Source: Thermofilum adornatum
Lineage (GTDB): Archaea; Thermoproteota; Thermoprotei; Thermofilales; Thermofilaceae
Direction of reading: 5' to 3'
DNA length: 32,000 nt
NCBI RefSeq assembly: GCF_000446015.1
Contig: NC_022093.1
Span: forward strand, 1,380,001 to 1,412,000
Numbering within the stretch: the stretch's first letter is position 1; the number at the start of each line of letters is the position of its first letter. Of the stretch, positions 9,100 through 18,190 are shown in pieces. Made by a program: the position numbers and the translations under genes. Under the pieces are notes generated by a model that did not search any database, was not told the origin of the DNA, and was given only the letters and a program-made list of their open reading frames with translations.

Positions 9100-9227
9100 T
9101 TTCTGGATTTTCAGTTGCGTATGCCGTGATCTTCTTTTTTACCTCAATAATTCTGGCAATAATAGTTGTAATTCTCATGAGATACTCAGCTAGAAACTTT
9201 TTTACACAGTTTTTGTGTCTTTGTTAA
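9096..9227 (+). CDS. Possible unannotated 43-aa single-pass membrane micro-protein
   Basis: My own translation gives V/M-ISGFSVAYAVIFFFTSIILAIIVVILMRYSARNFFTQFLCLC*. The GTG overlaps the DedA TGA as GTGA, the same coupling seen at the PadR/ABC junction. The stop lies 2 nt before ATG 9230. It is too short for the ORF track. Confidence 0.3.
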   Translation: MISGFSVAYAVIFFFTSIILAIIVVILMRYSARNFFTQFLCLC

Positions 9228-9229
9228 TC

Positions 9230-9856
9230 ATGGAAGGAGTAGACGTCGTCTACGAGCTGTATAATTTTCTCAGGGAGGAGAGGGAGAAGCACCAGAAAGA
9301 GCCTGGAACCGTATGGGTTACAGACCTCGTGTCCTGTAGCCTAAAGTCAAAGTACACGTCCCTGTATCCGGATTTGGTTGCCTCAGACGTCTTCAACCCG
9401 CCTACTATTGTGGGGACACTCATCCATAGGGGCCTAGAGGAGCTTCTCAAGAACATTTTCGAGACAAAACAGTTCAAGGTTGAAATAGAGCCAGAGACGA
9501 GCATGGAGCTGGAGCTACCTTCTGGCAAAGTGGTTTTGAAGGGTAGGGCAGACATTGTTCTCACTTCTCCACAGGGAGCAAGAATAGGGGTAGAAATAAA
9601 GTCGATGAGGGGAGACATGCCTACACCTCTCGAGCACCACGTGGACCAGGTCAAATTCTACAACTACATGTTCGGGCTCGAGAAAACTTTGCTGGTCTAT
9701 GTCTCGCCCGACAGGGTTACACAGTACGAGGTAATCGAGAAGGCGAGCCAAGAAGAAATAGTGAAACGGCTCCTAGAGCCTGTTTCACCCCGCTATCCGT
9801 GGGAATGCAAGTACTGCCCCTTCAGCGTACTATGCCCAAACAAGTCTATTAAATAA
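9230..9856 (+). CDS. Stand-alone Cas4-like PD-(D/E)XK exonuclease (DUF83/RecB-like) with four Fe-S cluster cysteines
   Basis: N-terminal Cys in 'VTDLVSCSLKSKY', 'IHRGLEELL', 'GRADIVL...GVEIKS' (D...ExK), 'QVKFYNYM' (QxxxY), and C-terminal 'CKYCPFSVLC' (CX2CX5C). The track start is GTG 9215; ATG 9230 is more likely. Confidence 0.8.
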   Translation: MEGVDVVYELYNFLREEREKHQKEPGTVWVTDLVSCSLKSKYTSLYPDLVASDVFNPPTIVGTLIHRGLEELLKNIFETKQFKVEIEPETSMELELPSGKVVLKGRADIVLTSPQGARIGVEIKSMRGDMPTPLEHHVDQVKFYNYMFGLEKTLLVYVSPDRVTQYEVIEKASQEEIVKRLLEPVSPRYPWECKYCPFSVLCPNKSIK

Positions 9857-9859
9857 TGT

Positions 9860-10549
9860 TTAGGCTGTCTTTGAGGCGCGTCTCTGCCTATAGAGAAGAA
9901 AACCAGCCAGAAGCAAGCCCGCCAATGCCACAGCAACCACTAAGACCGTGCTGGGAAAAGACTCTCCCTCTGCCGGAAACACTGGGACATCCTCAAGGTT
10001 AAATGTGAGCGGCACAGTGCACGCCGAAAGCGGCCTATAGAGCCTGGTCTGGTTGAACGGCTTCCAGTACCCGTCCTCGTAGACAATACGCGTGTCCCAG
10101 CCCGCGTATCCAAGCCGGGCACACGAGACAATAGCCTCAATGTCTTCACGGCTAACGCCCCTCAGAACACCCATTTCGAGGAGCCTCTCAGCCTCTTTCT
10201 GTAGAACACGTCTAACCTCCGCTTCCGTAACGTTGTATAGAGCTTTTCCATTTACAAAGGGCACCTGAATCCTCATATAGCCATACTTGCCCCCCAGATA
10301 CGTATCACCAAGGATAACAACGATCCTCGCGTCGTAGCCACTCCTATATGCAACCTCCTGACCGGAAAGCCTCACCGCGTATCCAGCCTCTACGAGCCTC
10401 GAATAGTCCAGGACGGCGCCCGGCTTGTTAAACACTATTTCTATAGCCGCAAGATCCTCCAGGGTTACACACGATGCACTAACAATTGGCAGGAGAATGA
10501 GTAATATAGAGATCGATACATACACTTCTTTATATCTCATCATGAACAT
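9860..10549 (-). CDS. Secreted protein with a C-terminal membrane anchor, hypothetical
   Basis: N-terminal signal-like 'VSISILLILLPIVSASC', C-terminal TM 'VLVVAVALAGLLLAGFLLY' followed by 'RQRRASK'. No known domain recognised. Confidence 0.55.
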   Translation of the reverse strand: MFMMRYKEVYVSISILLILLPIVSASCVTLEDLAAIEIVFNKPGAVLDYSRLVEAGYAVRLSGQEVAYRSGYDARIVVILGDTYLGGKYGYMRIQVPFVNGKALYNVTEAEVRRVLQKEAERLLEMGVLRGVSREDIEAIVSCARLGYAGWDTRIVYEDGYWKPFNQTRLYRPLSACTVPLTFNLEDVPVFPAEGESFPSTVLVVAVALAGLLLAGFLLYRQRRASKTA

Positions 10550-10671
10550 TATTTAACACTGGGATTAAAAAGGTCTGCGACAGCATCTACGCTCTCAAGC
10601 CTAGCACCGTTCACAGTTTTTCGTCTATCAGAATGTTTATTTATTTCAGATTCTCATAAATAATCAGATAA

Positions 10672-10917
10672 ATAGGTAGTGTAAGTACTGAGGTTCGGAT
10701 CGGTAAAAGGCTGACTCTTGTTATACCCAGGAATGTAGCAGAAAAACCTGGCATAAAGGAAGGGGACAAAATAAAAATCACGGTCGTTGGAGACAAATTG
10801 GTGTTACAGCCTATCCGGGACGCTGTTTGGCTCTCGCTCTACGGGAAAAAGGTTGCAAAGGTTACATTAGAGGATCTTGAAGCTACAAGCATTGAGGAGC
10901 AGGATAAGTATGTTTAA
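10672..10917 (+). pseudogene. vapB: AbrB/SpoVT-type VapB antitoxin lacking a canonical start codon
   Basis: An 82-codon open frame directly follows a TAA at 10669-10671: 'IGSVSTEVRIGKRLTLVIPRNVAEKPGIKEGDKIKITVVGDKLVLQPIRD...LEDLEATSIEEQDKYV*'. It is a textbook AbrB-fold antitoxin, but the first ATG, GTG or TTG in frame lies past the DNA-binding hairpin. Confidence 0.55.
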
Positions 10918-10963
10918 GGTGCTAATTGATACGAGCCTTTTGCTCCCAGAACTTGGAGTATAG
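10910..10963 (+). pseudogene. vapC: Truncated PIN-domain VapC toxin remnant (17 codons)
   Basis: The ATG overlaps the vapB stop (ATGTTTAA). It reads 'MFKVLIDTSLLLPELGV*', the canonical PIN N-terminus including the first catalytic Asp, then a TAG at 10961-10963. Only about 100 nt remain before the next promoter. Confidence 0.6.
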
Positions 10964-11063
10964 ATCGAAGGGCGCAGCGCTCAAAACTACAATAAAACAC
11001 GGTCACCTTCAGGTTTTCGCAAATGGTTGATACACAGGCTTAATTGAACTAAAAAATTTAAAA

Positions 11064-11693
11064 ATGTCTTTAAACGAGCATTTTACTATGAGCAGCGAAA
11101 ACATACCCCTAAACATTAGGAAAACAATACAAAGACTAGTACTATGGATACTCCTTTACATCGTTATAACTGCCCTCATATTGACAACCATCCCGTCACT
11201 TATACCCCAAGTCAAGCCTGTAATAGACGCCTATGCGACCTACATCTCTATCGGTCTCTCATTGTTCTTCGGCTACATGATAATTAAGGCCTTCTCGGAT
11301 CTCGTCTACTGGATGCTCCGCGTAAAGCACCCACACTCAACAGCCGCAGCCGTCAGGAGCCTCTTCACCATATTGGGCATAGGCGCACTAGCGGCCGGCA
11401 TAGCTGGAGGCACAGCTGGCGGTGCGGCTGGCGTTGCACTAGGAGGCTTCATAGGAATGGTCATTGGATTCGCTACACAACAAGTGCTCGGCCAGGCCAT
11501 AGCCGGTCTCTTCGTTCTACTCGTGAGGCCAATAAGGATAGGCGACAAGGTTAACGTCGCAGGGGAGGCAGGCATCGTAGAGGACATCTCCACCCTATTC
11601 ACTGTTATCAGGAAGGACGACAACAGCCTTGCCCTTATACCGAACAACATGCTGATAGGTTCGAAGATATACATACTTGAAAGAGCCAAATAG
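11064..11693 (+). CDS. Small MscS-like mechanosensitive channel
   Basis: A Gly/Ala-rich pore helix 'GIGALAAGIAGGTAGGAAGVALGGFIGMVIGFATQQVLGQAIAGLFVLLVRPIRIGD' followed by the beta domain 'VNVAGEAGIVEDISTLFTVIRKDDNSLALIPNNML'. At 209 aa it is short. ATG 11088 is an alternative start. Confidence 0.8.
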   Translation: MSLNEHFTMSSENIPLNIRKTIQRLVLWILLYIVITALILTTIPSLIPQVKPVIDAYATYISIGLSLFFGYMIIKAFSDLVYWMLRVKHPHSTAAAVRSLFTILGIGALAAGIAGGTAGGAAGVALGGFIGMVIGFATQQVLGQAIAGLFVLLVRPIRIGDKVNVAGEAGIVEDISTLFTVIRKDDNSLALIPNNMLIGSKIYILERAK

Positions 11694-11757
11694 AAAATTT
11701 CTTGTTTGCATTTCTTTGCAGAAAACAATTTCAGTCACTCTTTTTAGTGGATTATAT

Positions 11758-12150
11758 GTGGTTAGAAGAGGGGCTGAAGCATGGCTTAGACAGGCCGAAA
11801 GAGACCTGAGAAAAGCCATAAATGATTTACAAACACAGGACTGGGATTCTGCGGCTTTTTGGTCCCAGCAGTCTGCCGGGAAGGCTCTCAAGGCATTATT
11901 AATGAACTCGGGCATAGTGTACCGGGGACACGAGCTCCTCGAAATAGCGCATGTAATTAGAAGCGAGGTCGGTATAGACACATCTGTTATCGACAAAGAT
12001 CTCAGAGAGCTGACTATACACTATACGGTAGCAAGATATCCGGACGCTGCGAATGCCCTGCCATATGAGCTATATGACGAGGAAAAAGCGAGAGACCTAG
12101 TTGAGAGGGCAAAAAAGGTGGTAGAATGGGTAAAGCAAAATCTGCACTAG
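11758..12150 (+). CDS. HEPN-domain protein (PF05168-like), partner of the downstream MNT
   Basis: 'AEAWLRQAERDLRKA...SAAFWSQQSAGKALKALL...GHELLEIA...ARYPDA' is the HEPN helix pattern. The track ORF begins at ATG 11677, overlapping the MscS gene. GTG 11758 gives a typical length of about 130 aa. Confidence 0.8.
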   Translation: MVRRGAEAWLRQAERDLRKAINDLQTQDWDSAAFWSQQSAGKALKALLMNSGIVYRGHELLEIAHVIRSEVGIDTSVIDKDLRELTIHYTVARYPDAANALPYELYDEEKARDLVERAKKVVEWVKQNLH

Positions 12151-12473
12151 CCTCCCAGCACGAAGCCCTAGAAAGAGCAAAAAGCTTTGTCGAAAAAGCA
12201 AAGGCCAGAGCTTCCTGTTTGGGGCTGACCCTTCTAGGGGCCTACCTTGTCGGTAGTAGGGCTAGAGGAGACTACCTCAGAGACAGCGACATAGACATAA
12301 TCCTTGTCGTTAAAGGTCTAAAGAATCTTAATTTTCTCGAAAGGCTCCAGCTCTTCACTGATACACTTGAACCCTCCATAGACCTCAGGATCTACGACGC
12401 CGAAGAATGGGAATCCACCGAAAACACCTGGATAAACCAGCTAAAACAAGAAGCCATAAAAATCGACACTTAA
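12126..12473 (+). CDS. Minimal nucleotidyltransferase (MNT, Pol-beta superfamily)
   Basis: 'LVGSRARGDYLRDSDIDIILVV' is the GS-x9-DxD nucleotidyltransferase signature. It overlaps the HEPN gene by 25 nt. Confidence 0.85.
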   Translation: MGKAKSALASQHEALERAKSFVEKAKARASCLGLTLLGAYLVGSRARGDYLRDSDIDIILVVKGLKNLNFLERLQLFTDTLEPSIDLRIYDAEEWESTENTWINQLKQEAIKIDT

Positions 12474-12597
12474 CGTGAAATCCTTCTCGCGTAGCAAGGT
12501 CTAGGGAAAACACAAATGTAATGCCTGAAAAATCGTGCAACATTGGACGGCTCAAGAAAAACCTTACAGGTATACACATTCGAAGTTATATAGCTTT

Positions 12598-14766
12598 TTA
12601 TTTTAAGTCCAGAACAAGCAATTCGTACTCGTCTAAGCTAACTAAAATCTTTGAGGCATCATTCTCTCTTCTTATCTCATAGCTCTTTCCGCTAAGGGGG
12701 CTCCAAACCTTTGCTACTTCATAACCTCTAAGCTCTATAGAAACTTCTTGGGGTACTATTGAAGAGGGAGGCCAAACACTTTCAGCTGTTGAGTGCCACA
12801 TCAATGGGTCATCTATGTTACCCCGCACAATGACCCTTTTATCAAATGTCAGGTTAACCAGGTGTACAATTAGTTGTCCACTCCTCTGATATGGCTCCAT
12901 AAGGACAATCCCCCTAGAATTTAGCTTGATTGGTGGCATGCCGCCACTCCATAAAGTCGAGTTTAATATCATTTTTTCATAGCTTGGGAGTCCAAGTCTC
13001 CAGTAAAGCCTGCCCAGCTGTCCCGAATAATATACAACACGCCGACTCGGATTGGCAACGATAGCCGGGGCTCTAGTGAAGTTTCCAATTAAAGGCGGAG
13101 ATCTACCATTCTCATACTCATATCCAAACTCACTCTGAGGCTCTGCAACATAGCCTATAACGATGTCGTCAATTGGCTCTACTAGAATATGCCAGCCACT
13201 AAAGGGCGATGTTCTTCTAGTCTGGAAAACTCTATCATAGTCGCCCCACAAAATGTTTTTCTCATTTATCCCGGTAGTAATCGCATGTTCGCGCTCTAGA
13301 ATTACATAGCTCCAGGGATACTTTAGCAACCCCTTAAATGACACTCCCAGAATATCTTTGAGCTGGAACTCTTCCAGTAGGCTACCCTTCTCATCCATGA
13401 GTGATGTTGAGTACGTTGCTACAAGACCATTCCCCTCTCTAACGTAGCTCACAAGGTTTTTTGAACCCGCCTTAGAAAGGGAGGCGACGCTCCCAAGTAA
13501 AAGAACTTTATATTCAGAGAAAGAGCCTGTGTCCAGCTGATTGTCAGCTATGAAGTCAACAGGGTAGCCATTATAAAGTAAAGCATAGTAAAATCCTCTA
13601 GCATCATCCGTTACATACCTTGGATCATTACGTCCCCACCAGTCCCTACTCCTGTTAGAATAAACCACTCCAGCATACTTAACTCTCGTTACATCTTTCA
13701 TAAATTCTTCCAGCTTCTCTACTTCTCCAAAAGTTTCTTTAACAGGCTCCTTAAAAGATGGTGATTGGATATACGTAGAGCTGAAAACTAAAACCATTGG
13801 CTCGCCGCCTGCGGCAAAAATCTCCCTGATTCCCTGTCTAAGAACCACAGGTGATGTAGAAGTCGTCGTTAAAGCCATATGAAAACTATTACGCGTAGAC
13901 CAGACTCTTTTCCCACCGCTAAGGGCCTTGGTAAGCTTTACGATTTCATCCAGAAACCCTACAGGCTGATAGTCTGCCTCGGAGGCCTCCGCGAAGACGA
14001 CGTCCAAATAATTCCTTGCCATCTCAACAATAGTGTTAGCCCTGCCTTTCCAACCAGCGGGATGACTATTATAGGCAAGAAGAGTTCCGGGATAATGCGT
14101 CTTTACGTTTTCCCATATTTTTTTGAGGGCGTCCACATTGACTTTGTATCTCCACAGGAAACTTTCACGGTAAGCCAGGCTATCCCAGTCATCTCTCTGT
14201 GGAAGTTCTCTACCCATCTCTTCTTTAAACTTTGTCTGACAATAGTTGCAGAAACATGCTTTCTCTAGGTCAGGCATATACCTAAATGAATCAAGAAAAA
14301 CTCCATCAACATCGTACTTTAAAACTTCCACTGCCTCTCTTACAACATAGTCGAGAAATGGGCTATTTAGGCACATTAGGGGCCATCTTAGAGGAGGATT
14401 TTTCTCTAAGCTAGGGTTGGTATCCATGTGAATAACTTCCCCTTTAAGGTTTCTCTGAACCCACTCAGGGTTCTGACTATACAACTCGGGATTTGTTGTG
14501 TGACCAATCATTACAATAACTTTGATTCCATCTTTTTTTGCTTCTTGTATAACCTCCCTCAAGAAATCTCTTTTTTCCAGTTTTGATGTTTTTCTCAGGA
14601 CGTCACTGTCAAAATATGCTCTCCCCCAAGCATCCCTCGCAAAGAGAACAATAGTGTCACTGTGTAGCTCTCTTGCTAAATTCACTACATCAGAACCGGT
14701 AATTTTATCAAGATAAATGAGATCTTTGTCTTCAAAATTGAATTGTAGGATACGAGCCATTAACAT
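12598..14766 (-). CDS. Putative glycoside hydrolase: GHL6/GH42-like TIM barrel plus a beta-galactosidase-trimerisation-like (GATase-1-like) domain, 722 aa
   Basis: The N-terminal 'TIVLFARDAWGRAYFDS', 'GIKVIVMIGHT' and 'DVDGVFLDSFRY' look like barrel strands. The Cys cluster C-x38-CFCNYC resembles the GH42 Zn site (C...CxCxxC). The middle 'YKVLLLGSVASLSKAGSKNLVSYVREGNGLVATY' resembles the GH42 middle domain. The start overlaps the TrmB stop (ATGTTAATG). Confidence 0.6.
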   Translation of the reverse strand: MLMARILQFNFEDKDLIYLDKITGSDVVNLARELHSDTIVLFARDAWGRAYFDSDVLRKTSKLEKRDFLREVIQEAKKDGIKVIVMIGHTTNPELYSQNPEWVQRNLKGEVIHMDTNPSLEKNPPLRWPLMCLNSPFLDYVVREAVEVLKYDVDGVFLDSFRYMPDLEKACFCNYCQTKFKEEMGRELPQRDDWDSLAYRESFLWRYKVNVDALKKIWENVKTHYPGTLLAYNSHPAGWKGRANTIVEMARNYLDVVFAEASEADYQPVGFLDEIVKLTKALSGGKRVWSTRNSFHMALTTTSTSPVVLRQGIREIFAAGGEPMVLVFSSTYIQSPSFKEPVKETFGEVEKLEEFMKDVTRVKYAGVVYSNRSRDWWGRNDPRYVTDDARGFYYALLYNGYPVDFIADNQLDTGSFSEYKVLLLGSVASLSKAGSKNLVSYVREGNGLVATYSTSLMDEKGSLLEEFQLKDILGVSFKGLLKYPWSYVILEREHAITTGINEKNILWGDYDRVFQTRRTSPFSGWHILVEPIDDIVIGYVAEPQSEFGYEYENGRSPPLIGNFTRAPAIVANPSRRVVYYSGQLGRLYWRLGLPSYEKMILNSTLWSGGMPPIKLNSRGIVLMEPYQRSGQLIVHLVNLTFDKRVIVRGNIDDPLMWHSTAESVWPPSSIVPQEVSIELRGYEVAKVWSPLSGKSYEIRRENDASKILVSLDEYELLVLDLK

Positions 14767-15821
14767 GCACCTCTTACCTCAACCCTGCTAGCGGCAATAT
14801 CCTCAATTATTGCGTCTTGAGCGCCTATTGTTACGGTATTGCCATTTACCTTTATCGTGAGCTGTGCAATTCCTCTACTATCCTCAAACAACGTATTCAC
14901 AAGCTCACCCTCAACCATGCAGTCCTCACCTGTTCGCACATATCTCCCATAAACAAGGACACGCAACCTACACTTCTTCTGTAAAAGTTTTTGCGCCTCG
15001 TAAAGCGCAAGCCTAAATATTGTAAAACTCGTCGGTAGCTTTATATTTTCATCACGGATTATTTCGCTTCTGATCCATCTAAAAAAGAAGTCTTGTTCCA
15101 GATAATCGATTATAACAGGGTCCTCTATGATAAGCCCATAGTTAGGCTTTTCTAAGAGACTTCTTCGTCTCTGGGACAGCACAGCTACACGTGAATCAGA
15201 AATAACTACTAAATCTCCAGACACATATTTCCTAATTTTTCTAAGTTTCGGCAGTTTTGAATAGTCTATGTTGATCCCGGGAACCTCGTACAACAGAACA
15301 TATGTATTTACGCCCTCTTTTTCCTTTAATTCAATAGTCTCATTTAAATACTTTACAAATTCAAAGTCACCACATACAATAAGATCAACTGTTGCATTGT
15401 GTGCTGCTTCTTCAGCTCTTGCAAGGAATGTTCTCCAATTTTTCAAAGTATATACATTTGGTTCCTCGGATGCAAGTTTTTGTTTTCTTGGCGCTGTGGC
15501 CTTAAGTCTTTCAAGTATTCTAGCCCGAAGTGACTCCGTTTTTTCTATGTAAAGTTTTTCAAGTACACTGGGCGAAACCGCCCTATAGACGACAGGTCGA
15601 CTACTACTTGCCTCTATAAGCCCTTTAGAGACAAGTTCCTTGATATAATAGTAAAGCTGTGAAGTTTTTGCCTCCATTTTTTCTGTCAGTTCGCTTAGTG
15701 TGAGAGGTCCTTCTTGCAAGAGCTTAAGGTAGACTTCACATCCGAATTTACTTATGCCTAGCAACGAAAATACTTCGGCAACCTCTTCTTCACATTTTAT
15801 TTCCCCTATGCTTTCAGTCAT
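14760..15821 (-). CDS. TrmB-family sugar-responsive transcriptional regulator
   Basis: N-terminal winged HTH 'FGCEVYLKLLQEGPLTLSELTEKMEAKTSQLYYYIKELVSKGLIE...RPVVYRAVSP' plus a C-terminal domain of about 230 aa, as in full-length TrmB. It lies next to a divergent sugar ABC operon. Confidence 0.85.
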   Translation of the reverse strand: MTESIGEIKCEEEVAEVFSLLGISKFGCEVYLKLLQEGPLTLSELTEKMEAKTSQLYYYIKELVSKGLIEASSSRPVVYRAVSPSVLEKLYIEKTESLRARILERLKATAPRKQKLASEEPNVYTLKNWRTFLARAEEAAHNATVDLIVCGDFEFVKYLNETIELKEKEGVNTYVLLYEVPGINIDYSKLPKLRKIRKYVSGDLVVISDSRVAVLSQRRRSLLEKPNYGLIIEDPVIIDYLEQDFFFRWIRSEIIRDENIKLPTSFTIFRLALYEAQKLLQKKCRLRVLVYGRYVRTGEDCMVEGELVNTLFEDSRGIAQLTIKVNGNTVTIGAQDAIIEDIAASRVEVRGAC

Positions 15822-15982
15822 GGCAACCGCTCAAATATTTTAGCTCTGAAATTATTTATAAATTTTTTTATGAAATATTTCTAAAATAATGCAGTTTAAA
15901 GAAAATAGATGAATCGACAATATAAGTCAACCCGAAAAAAATATAAATATCTTTTTTCAATGATTAACTTGGCGAAAAATAC

Positions 15983-17323
15983 ATGAACGAAATTATGAAA
16001 AACAATTCGGCGATAATGGTTGTAGCGATACTTCTCGTTGCTGTCATTATTGGAGCACTCGCATACTATCTTCTTAGACCTCCAGCTTCTCAGCCGGTTC
16101 CGGAAAAACGTCCATTTACAAAAATTATCTTCGCATCAACACAGCTTTCACAACCACAAGAACAGTCCTTTACAATAGGTCTTCTCTCAGCACTACTTAA
16201 CGAGAAAAACATACAGGCTGTATTTGTACCCCTTGGTTATTCAGACATGGTTTCCAAATTAAAGGCAGAAGTCTCATCAGGCTCTGTTTCAGTAAGCCTT
16301 ATAGGAGGATTGTCAACAGAAATAGATTATTTTGCAAGCCAAGGCTGGCTGGAAGATCTTTCTAGATATGGAACCTTGCCTGGAAGAACCTTTACCAGTT
16401 CTGTCATGAACGTTGTAGAGCAACAGAAGAAACAGTATGGCATACAAACATTTGTACCATGGATGACAGCAACCTTTGTTATTGTAGTCAACAACAAGAC
16501 CTTTGACTACTTGCCTGCAGGGCTTACTAAGGAAGACGTAATTAAGGGAACCGATAAATGGACGTGGGACGCGTTAGTAGCTTGGGCAAAAAACATATAC
16601 GAGAAAACAGGTGAAAAAAGGGTAGGATTACCCGCTGGTTCTGGCGGCTTGTTACACAGGCTTATCCATGGATATCTTTACGTATCATACACAGGTTATC
16701 AAGCCAGAAAATTTAACTCACCTGAAGCTGTAGCTATGTGGAACAAGTTAAAGGAACTTTGGAACTACTGTCACCCAGAAAGCACAACATGGTCTGCCAT
16801 GGCAGACCCACTTTTAAAGGGCGACGTGTGGATTGCATGGGATCATACAGCAAGAATAATCTCTGCCATTAAAACAAAGCCAGATGATTTTACTGTTGTC
16901 CCCGTTCCAAGGGGACCCGCTGGTAGAGGCTATATCCTTGTGTTGGCTGGACTAGCTATACCAAAAGGTGCACCAAATCCAGAAGCGGCATGGGAGGTTA
17001 TAGAATTCTTGACTAGACCAGAGAATCAAGCAAGGATAGCCGAAAATGTTGGCTTCTTCCCAGTAGTTAAAGAAGCTACTCCCACAATAGTGGATCCCGG
17101 AGTGAAAAAAGTAGCAGAAGGTGTCAGTACTCAGATGTCTGTAGCCGACGGCATACCCGTAGCCATACCTAGTCTTGGAGCTAAAGCAGGTGATTTTGTG
17201 GCAATGTACCGCACAGCATTTGAAAGAATAGTGCTGAAAGGGGAGGATGCGTCGACTGTACTTTCACAACTTGATCCTCAACTTCAGGCAATCTTCCGCG
17301 ATCTAAACATTCAAGCTCCCTAG
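15983..17323 (+). CDS. ABC sugar transporter substrate-binding protein (CUT1-type), TM-anchored
   Basis: 446 aa with an N-terminal anchor 'AIMVVAILLVAVIIGALAYYLL'. Its size and position upstream of MalF/MalG-like permeases fit an extracellular solute-binding family 1 protein. Confidence 0.8.
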   Translation: MNEIMKNNSAIMVVAILLVAVIIGALAYYLLRPPASQPVPEKRPFTKIIFASTQLSQPQEQSFTIGLLSALLNEKNIQAVFVPLGYSDMVSKLKAEVSSGSVSVSLIGGLSTEIDYFASQGWLEDLSRYGTLPGRTFTSSVMNVVEQQKKQYGIQTFVPWMTATFVIVVNNKTFDYLPAGLTKEDVIKGTDKWTWDALVAWAKNIYEKTGEKRVGLPAGSGGLLHRLIHGYLYVSYTGYQARKFNSPEAVAMWNKLKELWNYCHPESTTWSAMADPLLKGDVWIAWDHTARIISAIKTKPDDFTVVPVPRGPAGRGYILVLAGLAIPKGAPNPEAAWEVIEFLTRPENQARIAENVGFFPVVKEATPTIVDPGVKKVAEGVSTQMSVADGIPVAIPSLGAKAGDFVAMYRTAFERIVLKGEDASTVLSQLDPQLQAIFRDLNIQAP

Positions 17324-17349
17324 ACTATAATCTCTCTAGGGTTGAAAGC

Positions 17350-18189
17350 ATGGAACAAAAAATACGTATTTTTTTTCCTTATTTCCTAATTTTACCAACA
17401 CTTATCTATGAAGTCTTCATTAGCGCATATCCCATAGCTTATGCTATTGGAATGGCATTTTCAGGCAATCCTCCCGCTTTAGTCCAATTATTCCAAGACT
17501 TTGAGAGATTCAAGGAAGTAATTTTTTACACTATTCTGATTATAGTTACTGTTATTCCCTTACAACTCATAATCGCAATATTTGCATCGATATTTTTCTT
17601 GAACCGTTTTAGGGGCAGGGAACTCGTGCTTTACTTTTTTATTCTTCCTGTGGCTATCAGCGAAGTAGCTGGGGCGCTTTTCTGGTATACAATGTTTTCC
17701 TCTAGCGGTTTACTAAACAAACTCTTAATATGGCTAGGTGTGATGCATAATCCAGTATACTTCTTTGGATACGAATTTAGGGACAGGACACTCTTAGTTA
17801 TAGTTTTAGAAGAGGTGTGGAGGGCAACAGCAATTGTCTTTACTATTATATATGCTGGCATACAAATGATTAATAGGGAATACTTTGAGGCAGCAGATGT
17901 ATTCGGCTTTAACTTTTGGCAGAAACTTAGATACATAACGGTGCCTTTGCTCAAACCATCAATTCAAACAGCACTTATCATCAGGACGCTCTTTGCATTT
18001 CAAATTGTGGGGCCTATTCTCATCCTTGGAGGAGAGTATATAAGAGTGATGGCTACAGAGGTCGTGTACTGGTATTCTCAAAGAATGGATCCATACATCG
18101 CTAGTGCATGGGCTGTTCTCGTTGGCGTTGTAACTTTTGTACTTAGCATTCTCTATATAAGGATGTTTAGGGCAGGTGAGGGGGCATAA
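17350..18189 (+). CDS. ABC sugar transporter permease (MalF/UgpA-like)
   Basis: Six TM segments and the EAA loop 'EAADVFGFNFWQKLRYITVPLLKP'. Confidence 0.9.
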   Translation: MEQKIRIFFPYFLILPTLIYEVFISAYPIAYAIGMAFSGNPPALVQLFQDFERFKEVIFYTILIIVTVIPLQLIIAIFASIFFLNRFRGRELVLYFFILPVAISEVAGALFWYTMFSSSGLLNKLLIWLGVMHNPVYFFGYEFRDRTLLVIVLEEVWRATAIVFTIIYAGIQMINREYFEAADVFGFNFWQKLRYITVPLLKPSIQTALIIRTLFAFQIVGPILILGGEYIRVMATEVVYWYSQRMDPYIASAWAVLVGVVTFVLSILYIRMFRAGEGA

Positions 18190-18190
18190 T

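Noticed and set aside
11306-11996. 140-aa and 133-aa minus-strand ORFs overlapping the MscS and HEPN genes
   Set aside because: They are antisense to well-supported genes. The Ala/Pro-rich stretch is the complement of the Gly/Ala pore helix.
15822-15982. AAATATTT / GAAATATTTC palindromes in the trmB-ABC divergent promoter region, as possible TrmB operators
   Set aside because: The region is extremely AT-rich, so short AT-only palindromes are expected by chance. They do not resemble the TrmB sites I can recall. The question is left for EMSA under the sugar-locus finding.
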